Positions 1 to 13,335 of a stretch of 64,000 bases of DNA are shown here, piece after piece. The DNA is from Camelus dromedarius (taxonomy: Eukaryota). Under the pieces are notes generated by a model. The model worked only from the letters and a program-made list of their open reading frames with translations. It was not told where the DNA came from and did not search any database. The DNA is taken from the NCBI RefSeq assembly GCF_036321535.1, contig NC_087438.1, positions 10,046,001-10,110,000 on the forward strand, read 5' to 3'. Positions within the stretch are counted from its first letter, which is position 1; each line of letters starts with the position of its first letter. Position numbers and translations under genes: made by a program.

Positions 1-1444
1 TAGACATGCTAACACTGCAATTCATACTGCCTATTACGTTTACCATATACTATTGGTAAGTGCAGGTTAAAGAAATGTCTTTAATATTTTTAAGCTTTAT
101 TTTCCCCTTTTGAATTAGGATTTTAAAGTGGTGAGACAATGCAATCCACTTGTTTAAGGAGGCGATTCCCAATTCTGAAAGCATGTGTTGTTTTCTAAGC
201 ACTTCCTCTAGCCAGGCAGCAGGCTGAGATGGTCCAGCCACGATTTGAACTGAGCAATCTTACTCGCTTCACCTCCCAAACATGCATTTAGAATGTGATT
301 TCACTGCTTCCTCCCCCTAATATCCCCTCACACTCGTTGGCTCTAGACAGCAGTGACGTTGGAGTCTTTTACCCCGTTCCACTCCCACTCCGGCAGATGC
401 CTGAGGTGAGAGGGAGGCACAAAGCTGGAGTGTGGGCTGTGGAAACCTCCTACCCAACAACATCGCTCTCTGGGGTTCTGGAGTGGGTATGTCCTTGCTC
501 TGCTGCGTGGAGACACTGGGAGAGCAGCCACTGTCACTGTATCAGGGGCTCAACCCAGCTTCACCTCATCTGGGCCAACTGAAAGGGCCATCACTCTCCA
601 CATTCCCTGCCAGCAAGTGTAGGGCATTTTTTTCCGGGATGAGTAGGGTCTTCCAATAACCCAGGTGGGGAATTCTCCCACCCCAAGAGATGCAGCTTGT
701 CTTTCCAGCTCTTATTTTCCCACTGTCCCAATTTCTACAACATTTACTTTAAGTGATATTAAATACTTCCTGAAAGAACGTTGGATGTAAATAAATAAAG
801 CACTTCTCTGAGGCAACAGAGCTGGCTTGCCAATCTCATTCATGCCACTGTTTATTTAGTTTCCAGACTGAATGGCACCCAACTCAGAGTTCATGAGGTT
901 GTTTCAAAAATGAGCTGACATAAACAGATAGGCAACTACATCGGACTGAAGCATCTGAGCTACTCTCTGCAACTCTAAAGGAGCTTCTGTAGTACCATTT
1001 TGCTAAAGATGACTTCATATCAAGTATCAGTTTATTTTCTTTAACAAGAGTACGTGGCAGTGCAAGGGATTATTACTGATGCCTGAAGTTCCTTAACTGG
1101 AACATATCTTTCATCAAATCAGAGAAAAGTTTGAAAGGCAATCCCCTTGATAATTTGATTTAACTCTACACTAAGTATAAATTATCAGTAACTCACGGTG
1201 AGAAAGAAGGGAAAGGAGAGAGAAATTCTGGTGCCTGCAGAAGATAGGGAAAGTGAATACCCTACTAGACAATTAATTTCTTGAGTAATTTCTTTAAATT
1301 ACTCTATTACTGAATATAGGCCCAATAAACATTTTCCAAGTAAATGAAAAATGGAGGAAAGTTGAGAGAAGGGAAATTTTTGAACATGAAAACTGATTCT
1401 ACATCTTTGCTTTTAAAAATGGTAGTCAAATAGTATTTTGGCAA

Positions 1445-3650
1445 TAACTAGGAATAGAAGGGAACTTTCTCCAGCTGATAAGGGGAATCTATGAAAAACC
1501 AACAGCTAGCATCATATTCAATGTTGGAAAACTGAAAGCTTTCCCCCTAAGACTAAGAAGGAGACAAAGACATCTGCCCTTGCCACTTCAATTTAGCATT
1601 GTACTAGAGGTCCTAACCAGAGCACTGAAACGCAAGAAAAAGAAATAAAAGGCATCCAGATTGAAAAGGACGAAGTAAAAAGATCTCCATTTGCAGGTGA
1701 CATGATCTTGTATAAACAAATCCAAAAGAATCCACTAAAAAACAATTAGAACTAAACCAATAAACAAATTCTGCAAATTGCCAAGATACAAAATCAATAT
1801 ACAAAAATCAATTGTACTTTTATACACTAGCAAGGAACTAAATAATAGAAAGACATCCTCTGTTCATGGATCAAAAATATTAATACATTTTAGATGGCAA
1901 TACTTCTCAAATTAATCTACAGATTTGGTGCCCTGTCAAAATCCTAGATGGATTTTTTTTTTCAAAACTGAAAAATCGATCATAAACTTCATATGGAAAT
2001 GCAAGGGATCAAGAAGAGCCAAACAATTCTGGAAAAGGAGAACAAAGTTTGAGGACACACGGTTCCAATTTGAAAATTTATAGCACAGCTATAGTAATCA
2101 AGACACTGGTACTGGCATAACGACTGACATATGGATCAATAGACTAGAACTGAAGTCCAGAAATAAACCTTTATATTTATGGTCAGTTGATTTCTGACAA
2201 AGATTTCAAGACAGTTCAATGAGGAAAGCATAGTCTATTTAACACATGGTTGTGAGACAAGTGGATATTCACATGCAAAAAATTAAGTTGAACCCTTACC
2301 TCACACCACACACAGAAATTAATTCAAAAGTATTCACAGACCCAAATATAAGAGCTAAAACTATAAAACTCCTAAAAGAAAATATAGAAGTAAATCTTCG
2401 TGGCCTTGAATTAGGCAATGATTTCTTAAATACAAATCAAAACCACAAGCAGTAAAAGAACAAGTAGACAAATTGTGTTTCAATGACACTATCAAGAAAG
2501 TGAAATGACAACCTACAGAATGGAAGAAAAGATTTGCAAATCATATCTGACAAGGGATTTATATCCAGAATACATAAAGAACCCTTACAAACTAACAATA
2601 AAAAGACATATAAACCAATTTTAAAATAGGCAAAGATTTGAACAGACATTTCTCGAGAGAAAATAAACAAGCACATGAAAAGATAAAGATGCTCAATAGT
2701 TAAAGTGTCAATAGTTATAAGGGAAATGCAAATCAAACCACAATGAGATACCATGTTACACAACCCCAGGATGGCTAAAATTAAAAAGATGACAATAGCA
2801 AGTGCTCATGGATATGTGGGAAAATTGGAACCCTCTTTCATTGCTGGTGAGAATGTAAAATGATGCAGCTGCTTTGGAAAATAGTTTAGCAAACGTTCTA
2901 AATGCTAAATATAGAGTTATCATATGACTCAGGAATTCCATTCCCAAGTGTATTCCCAAGAGAATTGAAAAACATATGTTCACACAAAGACTTGCACACA
3001 AATGCTTTTATCAAGATTATTCATAGTAGCCAAAAAGTGGTAAAAACTCAAATACCTACTACTGATGACTGGGTAAAAAAATGTGGGTTTTAAGTAGAAT
3101 ATTATTTGGCAATTTTAAAAAAAGAATGAATTCGAGAGGATTTGGGTTGAATCACACACCCATGACACGAAGCTGTTGTGCGTAGCTACAGTTTATTTGG
3201 CACGTTCATAAACATAATCTAATTTACTAGGAAGTTTGTAAGACTTTTCTTTTATTAAAATTAATATTTTCTTATTACAAAATAAATAAATTAATTAAAA
3301 TTAAAATAAGAATGACATAGTGATACAATCTGCAGTATGAATGAACCCTGAAAACATTACGCTACGTGAAAGAAGCTTGACAGAAATGATCATAAATTAT
3401 ATGATTCCATTTATGTGAAATGTCCAGAACTGACAAATCCATAGAGACAGAAAGTAGACAGTCATTGCCTGGGGCTGAGGCAGGCAGGAGGGAGTGGGGA
3501 ATTACTGCTAATATGTATGAGGTTTCTTTTTAGGGTGATGAAAATGTTCTAAAATTAAGTTGTGATGGTTGCATGGCTGTGAATATATTAAAATCAACTG
3601 TACGCTTTAAATGGGTGAATTTTATGGTGTATGAAATACATTTCAAATCT
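1445..3650 (+). mobile_element. Degenerate LINE-1 (L1MB-like), ORF2 RT/C-terminal part plus 3' UTR
   Basis: L1 ORF2-like peptides (KIKLNPYLTPHTEINSK; IELSYDSGIPFPSVFPRELK) broken by stops and frameshifts. L1MB-type 3' end (gggtgatgaaaatgttctaaaatt...gggtgaattttatgg). Confidence 0.9.
3130..3300 (+). pseudogene. Short retroposed non-L1 fragment (probable mRNA 3' end) inserted into the L1
   Basis: Flanked by TTAAAAAAAGAATGA (3115-3129) and TTAAAATAAGAATGA (3301-3315). ATTAAA at 3254 and an A-rich tail from about 3279. L1 homology resumes on both sides. Confidence 0.6.
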
Positions 3651-3740
3651 TATAAAAAGATATTTTGGCAGGGGATCTATTAAGAAAAAACAGATCAATC
3701 TACCATAGGACCTAATTTTCAAATACGAACTAAGGTATTT

Positions 3741-4231
3741 TGGTAGACACTGTGAGTTGGCTACTGAACAACTATTCTCCTCTTGTTTCTGGGAATAGAA
3801 TTCCAATTTTGTCCAAGTAAGGGGCAACAGTGTGCCTAACTTCAGGTGAGGATTGACTGGCCTAACTCCTAGTCAATCATGTTGTCCTCATTTACTTTTG
3901 ACAGTGATTGATTTAGGGTTGGCAGGTGACCCAATCTTGGCACTTGACAAAAAAGAGGAATATTCTGCTGAGAGTCTTAATGACACAAAAAGTTATGAGT
4001 AAAAAGATCTTTCCATTCCCTACTTTTTGACTTTATTTAGTAAAGAAGTGATGCTTGTAGGTGCACAATGATGAGAAGGCAGAAAAGCTGCCCAGAGCTG
4101 TTGTGTTAACTATCTCTGGAACCAATTAACTCTGGAGTTCTCAAAAAATTAGATTTATTAATAAACCCCATTTTTAAACCATATTCTGTCAGATAGGCTG
4201 TGTATTGTGGCCAAAATCCTGTTAATTGATA
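3741..4231 (+). mobile_element. Old ERVL-class solo LTR (LTR16/LTR33-like)
   Basis: Begins tggtagacactgtgagttggcta..., has AATAAA near its 3' end; resemblance to recalled consensus. Confidence 0.55.
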
Positions 4232-5163
4232 CGTTTTCTATTAAGTGGGCTTATTTGTGAATTCTAATTAAATTACATTTTCAGTCCTACATCAATGCTC
4301 TTCTTTAGGAGATGAGATAAAATTGATCTAGATTTTTTCAGAAGACAGACCTAGCACTAGTCAGTGAAAGGTATAAGAAAGGAGCATTTTGCTCAATAGG
4401 AAAAACAACTTTCTCCTTGTAAAATGGATCAGAGAATTGTCAGCCTTTGTTTGGTTAGCAAAGGGGCTCATGAGGATCACAGGTCAAGGATGCTAACTTG
4501 TGTCATCTGGGGCCTGGATTGGAGCATTCACAAAATGCCAAATTCAAGTTTCTTAATTCCCACATGAAAAGTTCTAAGATCAACAGACTCATTTTCATAC
4601 CGAAGGTGAAATCAAGGCGCCCTGCTTCCGGATGTGTTAATGTTTTCTAACTTTGTTAGCTCGACTTCAAACTAACAACCAGAAGCCAGATCTTGGTGGG
4701 TTTTGCCCACTTCTTTATGAAAATTTGAACAATATCTGACCATTTAAGAGAATTTTATAAATTATTTTAGAAGCAAACAAGAAGTAAGTCATGATAGAAG
4801 AGCAGACATCTTGATAATGCTGAAAAATGGCCATTTTCCTTATTTAAATTGTTTATCTTAATAGAAACTAGAAAATGTGTGAAAAGATCTACAATTGTTG
4901 GTGCCATAAGGAATCTCTTTATAAACCTGTAAGCGTGGGATTTATACTTGTCTCATAATTGTGATTTCATTCTTTATATATACAGTTGTTTCAAGCAGTA
5001 TGATTTGACCTAAATCAATGCCAAATTTAGCTACAAAATACTGAGACAATCTCAGATCTTACTTAATGATAGAATTAATGTCACAGAGGCGGATGTTACT
5101 GTTGTTGCTGTTTTGTTTTTTAATATTCAAATTTCATGGGAAAAGACAGTTGAGTAATCCACC

Positions 5164-8100
5164 TTCAGAATAGTGATGTGAGCTCCGTGTACCCACTCAC
5201 CAGTGCAACAACTATAGCTGGTGAAAATTATTTTGAAAAAAACAAAACCATTTAAAGTCTCAAGAAATTGTATGAAGGAAATACACTAAGGAAATGATGA
5301 CTCATGTATTCAGGAAGCTACAGCCTGCTCCACCCATCCAGCTCAGCCTAATGGAAGATCTATTCCAGGTGGATATGGCCAAGAGACTGGGGCTCTCTCT
5401 CCCCCTAACTCCAAATCAATGGCTACAGTATATCCCTGGCAGGGGCAGGGCACCAGCATTTCTCATTCCTGCCCCCAGTTCGGTGTTGCAGAGGCTGAAT
5501 TCCAAGTAAGTATGACTAAGAGGTCAGAGCCCCTTCATCCACTAAGCCCCACATATAGAGCAAACGCTGTACCTCAAGGGCAACAGACTGAAAACATAGG
5601 AGCTCCAACTGCCCTCATCCCAGTTCACTTGCAGGTTGGCAGCTCCACACCAAGAAAGGCAGGCTGAGAAGATCAGAGGCCACTGTGCCTCCCCAGCACT
5701 CTGCTCCTAAAGCAGGGTATCACTCAGAGAGAACCACGCCTCTGTCCCTGCCTTCAGCTCAAGAGCCGTGACTCAGAGATTTTGCCAAGGAGCAGAGAGC
5801 TCTGAAGTTCTCCCCAAAAGAAGTTACTTTATCTGAGACAGAGTGTGGGAAAGCAGAAGCCTAAGGGCTCTCAGAAACAATGGAAATTTTGAGTGGTAAG
5901 CAATTAAGAGGAGACTGGTAGGTTTACAAGAGATAAAGCTAAACCATAGGCCAGTTAGTTTCCCGGAGAAAACTAGGGAAAGACATAGTTAATAAGAGCA
6001 CTCCTGGGGGTAGAATAAACTTCCAAGACTGACCTCAAAAACTATCCCTGGAAAGAGGCCTGAATTTAATTGGATCAGACCGTGGAGCAATTTATGCTCA
6101 AAAGCATTGTCAAAACCAATAGAGCAATCAGCCTGGCAATTAGTGGAGTCTAACAGCTGGGTGTGATACCAACAGGAGCAGACAGCTTGACTGAGGGATC
6201 AGGGAAAATGACAGAGAGCCCCGATAAAACCGCCGTTGTCTCAGGGTGCCTGTGTACGTGCCCAAGGCTGTGCCCTTTCTCATCAGAGCTTCCCACAACA
6301 GAGAAGGTAAACTTCACTAAAGAAGTCCAGCCAAGGGTGGGAGGGACAGACTGGGAGTTCAAAATTTGTAGATACTGACAGGCATATGCAGAATAGATAA
6401 ACAGGATTATACCGTATAGCACAGGGAAATATATACAAGATCTTGTGATAGCTCACAGCAAAAAAAAAATGGGACAATGAATATATGTATGTTCATGTAT
6501 AACTGAAAAATTGTGCTCTACACTGGAAATTGACACAACATTGTAAAACGATTACAACTCAATTTAAAAATGTTATTTAAAGTGTTTAAAAAAAAAAAAA
6601 AGAAGTCCAGCCAAGACACTAAGCAAATAAACAAGCAAATCATAACAATATGTCCTGGGGTTGAGGGAAGTCAATATTGCTATGTTGCTACAGGACACTA
6701 AGTAAAATATTCAATTTTCAACAAGAAATTTGAAACATACAGAAAAATTAAAAGTGTGACCCAGACACAGGGAAAAAAGCAGGCAACAGAAACTGCCTAG
6801 ATCCAGATGTTACATGTAACAGGCAAAGATTTCTAAGCAGCCATTAGAAGTATCCTCAAAGAGCTAAAGGAAACTGTTTAAAGAAGTAAAGGAAGGTATA
6901 AACACAATGTCTCATCAAATAGAGAATATAATAAAGTGAAATTATATAAAAAGAGAACAAATACAAATTCTGGAGTTGAAAAGTATTTAATAACTTAAAT
7001 TCTAAAATTATTACAGTAGATTGGAGCTGGTAGGAGAAAGAATCTATAAATTTGGAGATAAATCAGTAGAAATTATGCAACCTGAAGAGCAGAGAGAAAA
7101 AAAGAATTTTTAAAAATGAGCAGAGCCTCAGAAAACTGTGGGACATCAACATATACGTATTGAAAGTAGCAGAAGGAGAAAAGAGAGAAAGGAGCAGAAA
7201 ACTGAAAATTTCCTATGTTTGTTTGAAAAAAAAACCATTAACCTACACATCCAGGAAGCTTGACAAAATTTTAAGTAGGATAAACAAAAAGAGATTTAGA
7301 CTTAGACACAACAAAATAAAAATGTTGAAGGACAAGTACAAAGAGAAAAGTCCTGGAAACAGTGAGAAAAACAGCCTGTCCTATACAAGGGAACTTGACT
7401 TCTCATTAGAAAGAAGGGAGTTTAGAAGGATGATGTATTCAGAGTACTGTACAAAAAAAAAAAAAAAAAAAAACCTGTCATCCAAATATGTAACAGCCAG
7501 CAAAACTATCTTACAGAAATGAAGGCAAAATAAATAAAATATTCCCAGATAAACAAAACCTGAGAAAATCTGTTGTTAGCACATCCACCTTCTAAGAAAT
7601 GCTAAAAGAAGTTCAGTCTAAAATCAAGATGGTAACTCAAACACACACACACACACACAGAGCACAAAGGTAATTATGTAATTACAAAAGACAGTATAAA
7701 TGTATATTTCATCTCCTGTCTTAACTGATTTACAAAGCAATCATATAAAATAATATGTATATAGTTGGGCTTATAACATATAGAAATGTAATATATTTGA
7801 CAACAGCAACACAAAAGAGGTAGGGGAACAAAGTTGTATTGGAGTAAGGAAATGACAGTAGACAATGACTTGAACCCACAGGAATAAATGAAGAGAAGCA
7901 GAAATGGTAAACAAGAAGGGAACTAGAACAAATCCTATAACTATATGCTTACTCTCCTTTCTTCTGTTTCTTTAAAAGACACAAAATTATATAAAATACA
8001 TTTTCTATATTTATACTATATTAAAACATATTATATCCGTAACAATAATAATCTCCTAAAGAAGAGGGAGCAAAGCTATATAAAAGTAACATCTTGATAT

Positions 8101-8258
8101 CTAAGTGGAATTAAGTTATCATAAATCTGAAATGATTGGTTAGTTAAGACGTATTTGGCAAACTACATAAAACACCATGAAACCCTCAAAATAGTGAAAA
8201 AGGTCATTAAGGGAATTAAAATGTTACACTAAAAATACTCACTTAATATAAAATAATG
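5164..8258 (+). mobile_element. Old LINE-1 5' portion (5' UTR, ORF1 relic, inter-ORF region)
   Basis: ORF 7160-7522 resembles L1 ORF1p (SRINKKRFRLRHNKIKMLKDKYKEK). It is followed by the typical ORF1 C-terminal DNA ccagcaaaactatc...ttcccagataaacaaaa. A-rich + strand. Confidence 0.8.
6336..6598 (+). mobile_element. Young 5'-truncated cetartiodactyl/camelid L1 3' end nested in older L1
   Basis: Perfect 17-bp TSD AAAGAAGTCCAGCCAAG (6319-6335 and 6599-6615), poly(A) tail, L1_Art-like 3' UTR (tatagcacagggaa...gtataactga...acaacattgtaaa). Confidence 0.9.
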
Positions 8259-9719
8259 CCAATCACATTCATTAGTGCAAGTGGACACTGGACAAGCCAA
8301 ACACAAAAAATGAAAAACAGTAAGAAGATGCTTTCCCAAAGCTGGTCCAAGATCCCAATACATTCAAAGGTCTCTTTACAGTAGTAAGAAAACTTCTTTA
8401 AGGGTTAATTCTTAAGAGAAGAACCTCCTGATTTTTCTCTTCTCCCTCACCACCAGGGAGGTAATATAATTCAGTACATTTCTCACAAGGACTCACTGAC
8501 TGATGAGCAATGGATTTCCTTGAACAGGAAATAAACAAACCTACTCAAAAGCGGCAATGGAATGGAGTCAAAGGGGAATGGATTCAGAACACCTCCCTTT
8601 GATACACATCACAAACATGCTGCAATTTTCAGGGAAAAGAAATTAGCTCAGGAATTTTTATGGGAAGATCGATCTGTTCAAAGACAGGTAGTGTCTTGAA
8701 GCTCTAATTGTTTTGGAGAAAAAGGGGGCAAGGTAACTCCCTTTTAAATTGCTGAATTACCTTGATAGGCACTTTAACCTCAGTAGAGCTTCTGAACAGA
8801 TGAATGAAAATTACCGCATTTCTCCCAGATTACACATAATCAGAATCCCTCCGTGGAGTCAGCAGTAAGGAATTTGCTTCATAACTGAACCTGTGGTCTC
8901 TGGGCTCTCTGCCAATGGCAGGAACAAATAAGGACAAGGATACAGATGTGGGCAAGAATAAAGGAAGATACTTTGTGCCTGAATTTACTGCTCTCTCTCT
9001 CTCTCTCTCTTTTTAAATCTCTATCTCTAGTTCTTCTTAGCTATTTATAGAAAACAAAATTATTCCTTAAATCTGAATGCATGAGAGAAATATCTACGAA
9101 TGCATGGCTTCAGCATGCATTTAAGTTATGTAAATGATTATAGAATAATAAAATCAGGTGTCCAAAGTAAATGATTTCCATTACCACTGACCCACAGCAA
9201 GATTCCCTATTCTATGTTTAAGCAGCTTCAAATCTACTTGTGGTCTTTTATCTCAGTTTCACTTTTATGACATTTTTCCTAGTTTATAGGGAGCTTGCCT
9301 GAATACCAAAGGGGAAAAAAGCTCCACTGTACTCATTTCTATAAGCGAGCCTTTATGGGATATTTCTGCCGGTCAAGGAATTTTCTTTCAGCTCTCACTG
9401 AAAGAGCAAATCAAACTGCTCTTCAGACTTTACTGTAACTCCCTTTACAATTTCAAAGTTCTCATTCCAGCTCCATCTGAAAAAGTGACTTTTGTAGAGA
9501 CCCAAGAAAACCTAACTCTGGTTTTTAAATAAAAGTACCAAAATAAGGAAAATTTGGGCAGATCTAGGAACCATTTGAAAGGTTAAGTGGAGAAATGACT
9601 GATCAACCTTTGCATGGCTCCTTATTATCACTCAGTTGTCTCCATTTTTCTAGTTTTGTCGATTTTTCTTTATTTTCACTAAAAGCTCTGTTGTCTTTAT
9701 TTTTTACAGTAGATTAAAT

Positions 9720-9910
9720 CTATGAATGGAAACATGCATTTTTACTTATCCATACTTGGTGTATGTTATGCTTCTGTAGATTCACGTCTTTCATCCGTTT
9801 TGGAAAATTCTCCAATCACTATTTTTAATATTCCCTTTACTCCCTTCTCTCCATTCACCCCTTCAGGAAATATGAGAGAGTGACTCACGCTATCCATCAC
9901 GTCTCTTTCT
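9720..9910 (-). mobile_element. Old L1 ORF1-region fragment
   Basis: tctttcatccgttttggaaaattctc...ccccttcaggaa resembles antisense L1M ORF1. Confidence 0.5.
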
Positions 9911-10064
9911 GTTTTGTTTTGAATAAAGTCATAATTCTTTGTTAAAGTGGGTTTAAGCTACATTTTAATTATTAATTAAAGCAATTTAGAAATGATCATT
10001 TATAAGTTATATACCTTGCTGACCATGATAACTCCTTATGCTTCATCATTTCCTACTTTTTAAG

Positions 10065-11640
10065 TAGACTTTATTGTGGTATAACTTACACACAATAACG
10101 TTTACATATTTTAAGTGGAAATGGATTAATTCTGACAAATGGACTCACCCATGTAACCAATGCTCCATTTAAGGTATAGAATAACTTCCCAGAGGGTTTC
10201 TCAATCAGCATCTCCACCACCACACCCTAGTCAACCACTGATCTGATTTCTATTAATATAGATTTATTTGGTCTGTTCTAGAATTTCATCAAATAAACAG
10301 AATTATACAGTCTTCCCACTTTTCCATCAGATTTCTCTTGTTCATAATAATGGCTGGGACATCGGTCTTAGCAGTATTTCTTTGGATCTTTCTCCTCAGG
10401 CAAGGGAGACAAAAGCAAAAATAAACACATGGGACTACAGCAAACTAAAATGCTTTTGCATAGTGAAGGAAACCAGCAACAAAATGAAGAGGCAACCCCC
10501 TGAATGGGAGAAGATATTTGCAAATGATATATCTGATAAGGAGTTAATATCCAAAGTATATCAAGAACTCACACAATTCAGTATCTAAAAAAAAAATCCA
10601 ATTAAAAAATGGGCAGATATTTTTCCAAGGAAGACATACATATGGCCAACAGACACGTCAGACATGTCACTAATCATCAGGGGAATGCAAATCAAAATTA
10701 CAATGAGCTATCACCTCATGCTTGCCAGAATAGCTATCATCAAACAGACAACAAATAACAAGTGTTGGGGAGGATGTGGAGAAAAGGGAACCCAAGTGCA
10801 CTGTTGGTGAGAATGTAAATTGATGCAGCCACTATGGAAAATATGGAGGCTCCTCAAAAAAATAGAAATAGAAGTACCATATGATCTAGCAACTCCAATT
10901 CTGGATATTTCTCCAAAAAAAAAAAAAAAAAACCTCACTAATTCAAGAAGATTTATACATCTAAATGTTCACTGCAGGACTATTTACAATGGCCAAGATA
11001 TGGAAACAACCTAAGTATCCATCAATAGATGAATGGATGATGAAGATGTGGTGTATACATACAATGGAATATTACTTGGCCATAAAAAGAATGAAATCTT
11101 GTCATTTGTGACAACGTGGATAGACCTAGACCCATTATGCTAAATGAAATAAGTCAGACAGAGAAAGACAAACACCATACAATTTCACTTACATATGGAG
11201 TCTGAAAAACAAAACAAACAAACAAAATACTAACAGACTCGTAGATACAGATATTCTGGTGGTTGCCAGAAGGGAGGCGAGGTGGAGGTTGGGTAAAACA
11301 GGTAAAAGAGATCAAGGTACAAACTTCCAGTTATAAAATAAGTCACCAAGATGTAATATACAGCATAGGGAACACAGTCAACAGTATAACAACTTTGTAT
11401 GGTGAGGGATGGTAACTGCACTTGTGGTGATCTGTACATAAATGTTGAATCACTATGTTGTACACCAGAAGCTAATATACTATTGTATGTCAACTCTACT
11501 TCAATAAAAAAATAAAATTAGAAAAAAGAAAGTCTAGGTGATTCATCCATATCATTGCATGAATCAGTTTGTGTTCTTTTTATAGCTGAATAGTATTTCA
11601 TTGGATGAACATATCACAGTTTACTTACCCACATTCATTC
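10065..11640 (-). mobile_element. Old L1 3' end (L1ME/L1MD-like), split into 10065-10355 and 11533-11640 by a younger L1
   Basis: actttattgtggtataacttacac...accactgatctg...tgttctagaatttcat resumes as attcatccatatcattgcatg...gctgaatagtatttcattg. Confidence 0.7.
10358..11530 (+). mobile_element. 5'-truncated L1 (L1MA9-like/laurasiatherian), ORF2 C-terminus plus 3' UTR
   Basis: Peptides KAKINTWDYSKLKCFCIVKET...EWEKIFAND and IEVPYDLATPILDISPK; AATAAA plus A tail at about 11503-11530. Confidence 0.9.
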
Positions 11641-11879
11641 CACACATATTAGTAATCTAAGGTGGCACATTATGAAATTAAATATTATTCAGTATAAGAT
11701 TTGATATACAAAAATTTTGTTAGCCTCTAACTGGCTTCTTACACTTCAGTCTCGAGTACATTCTCACTGCCAAGGTCATCTCCCCCTTCAGCATAACAGT
11801 CTTCTATTAAACTTTGCCCTAGTCCACGGCTGAAAGTAATTCCTCTTGCTTCCTAGTTTCACTTCATATGATGCACCAC

Positions 11880-12056
11880 TTGCTACTTTGTGTACTGATT
11901 GCTTAGGTACCTGTCTAATTTCAACTACTAGATATTAAACTGCTTCAGGTCGGATCCGAATGAGATGGGTCTCTGCTTGTGCACAGCACTTAGCGAACGG
12001 CTAGCTTATTGCACCTGGCCCGCAAACAGTTGCTGATCAGATAAATAAACAAGTGA
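11880..12056 (+). mobile_element. L2 3' end remnant
   Basis: tgtct...actagat...aaactgctt...cagcacttagc...cctggcccgcaaacagttgct...ataaataaacaagtga. Confidence 0.5.
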
Positions 12057-13199
12057 GTTCCTCCACCCAAAATGAGCTTCAGCGGCTCCGCATTGTGCAG
12101 CCTGTTGTTCAGAACCTTTACAACCAGCTCCGTCCTCGTTGCATTCGTTCCACTGCTAGCTCCGTCCACCTCCAGCTGCATTCGCATGATTTTTCATACG
12201 TAATAACTCTTCTCCAGTAAAATCAATTTGCTGGGTTCCATGCCTTTTTCTATGATTTTTTCCTGTCTGGTAGAAAACACATACACACTCACAAACACAC
12301 ACACCCTATTGTTATTCTTCCCACCTCCTGAACAAGAGTTAGAATCCCAAGGTTCCCGTTTCCATGGGAATCTTCCACCATCCATCATCCACACATCTTT
12401 GTCAGCTAGGACCACACAAGTAAGCAATTTCCAACAGTGCCCAGTAGGGGGGGATGTGACCATAATCTCCCACTAGTTCCAATGCTTTTTTTTGGAGACC
12501 CGAAGATTTTAAAAAAGCCGTATGTTTACAGAAACTTCTCACAGATTAAAAACATAAATAAACAACAGTTCAGCCACCTCCTTCCTCAGATCACTCACAA
12601 GCTATGAGTCATCTCCACTAACCAAACCCCTGTAACTTAAAGCCCTGATAACAAGGACAAAACCGTTTGACCATTTTTAATCTCTGTGGCTGAAAACACA
12701 ACCAGTTTATTTTTCAAAGTTACATCTGGAGGACTTCAGTCCATTTGCATTCTTACTTTTTTAGAAAATCAATAAAGTGTATTCACAGACTGAGTGTTGT
12801 ATCTGTGTGGTTGAATCAGGAACCAGTATGGCAAAATTGAATGTCTTGCCTTTCATAAGCAGAGATTAGAGAAAATGAATAAAATTAATTCTGTACTGCC
12901 CACTTCTTCCCCATTCCACCTACTTCTTCCCTCCATCTAGATTTTTTAATATGTTTTATAACCGTTTACCCTATGGCAGTTGTTATTTCATGTACTAGAT
13001 TTAAGATACCACAGGATGTGGCTTGACTCAAGTATTAATCATTGAATCATGCTGATTACAAACCAGAAGTGAACAGTCATCATGAAATACACAAACCATG
13101 TCACATCACAGGGAACAAAAGATAGCCCAGCCTAGTCTCACTCTGGGACACAGGGGATCTCACAGAGAATAAATAGGGTTTAGTGTTTTATAAGCTTAT

Positions 13200-13335
13200 A
13201 CATTAATGAAGCTAGAAGAAGTCATTGTGTATCATAGATGAGAAAAGATCCAGAGAGATCAAAGGGAACTTTTCAAGACATCAGAGCCAGTTAGTGATGG
13301 AATAGAGACTAGAAACCAACCCTTTGGACCAGTTT
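13200..13335 (-). mobile_element. MIR remnant
   Basis: atagatgagaaaagatccagagag...aagacatcagagccagttagtgatggaatagagactagaa resembles the MIR core. Confidence 0.55.

Noticed and set aside
7160..7522. 120-aa Lys-rich ORF
   Set aside because: Frameshifted L1 ORF1 relic, not a host gene.
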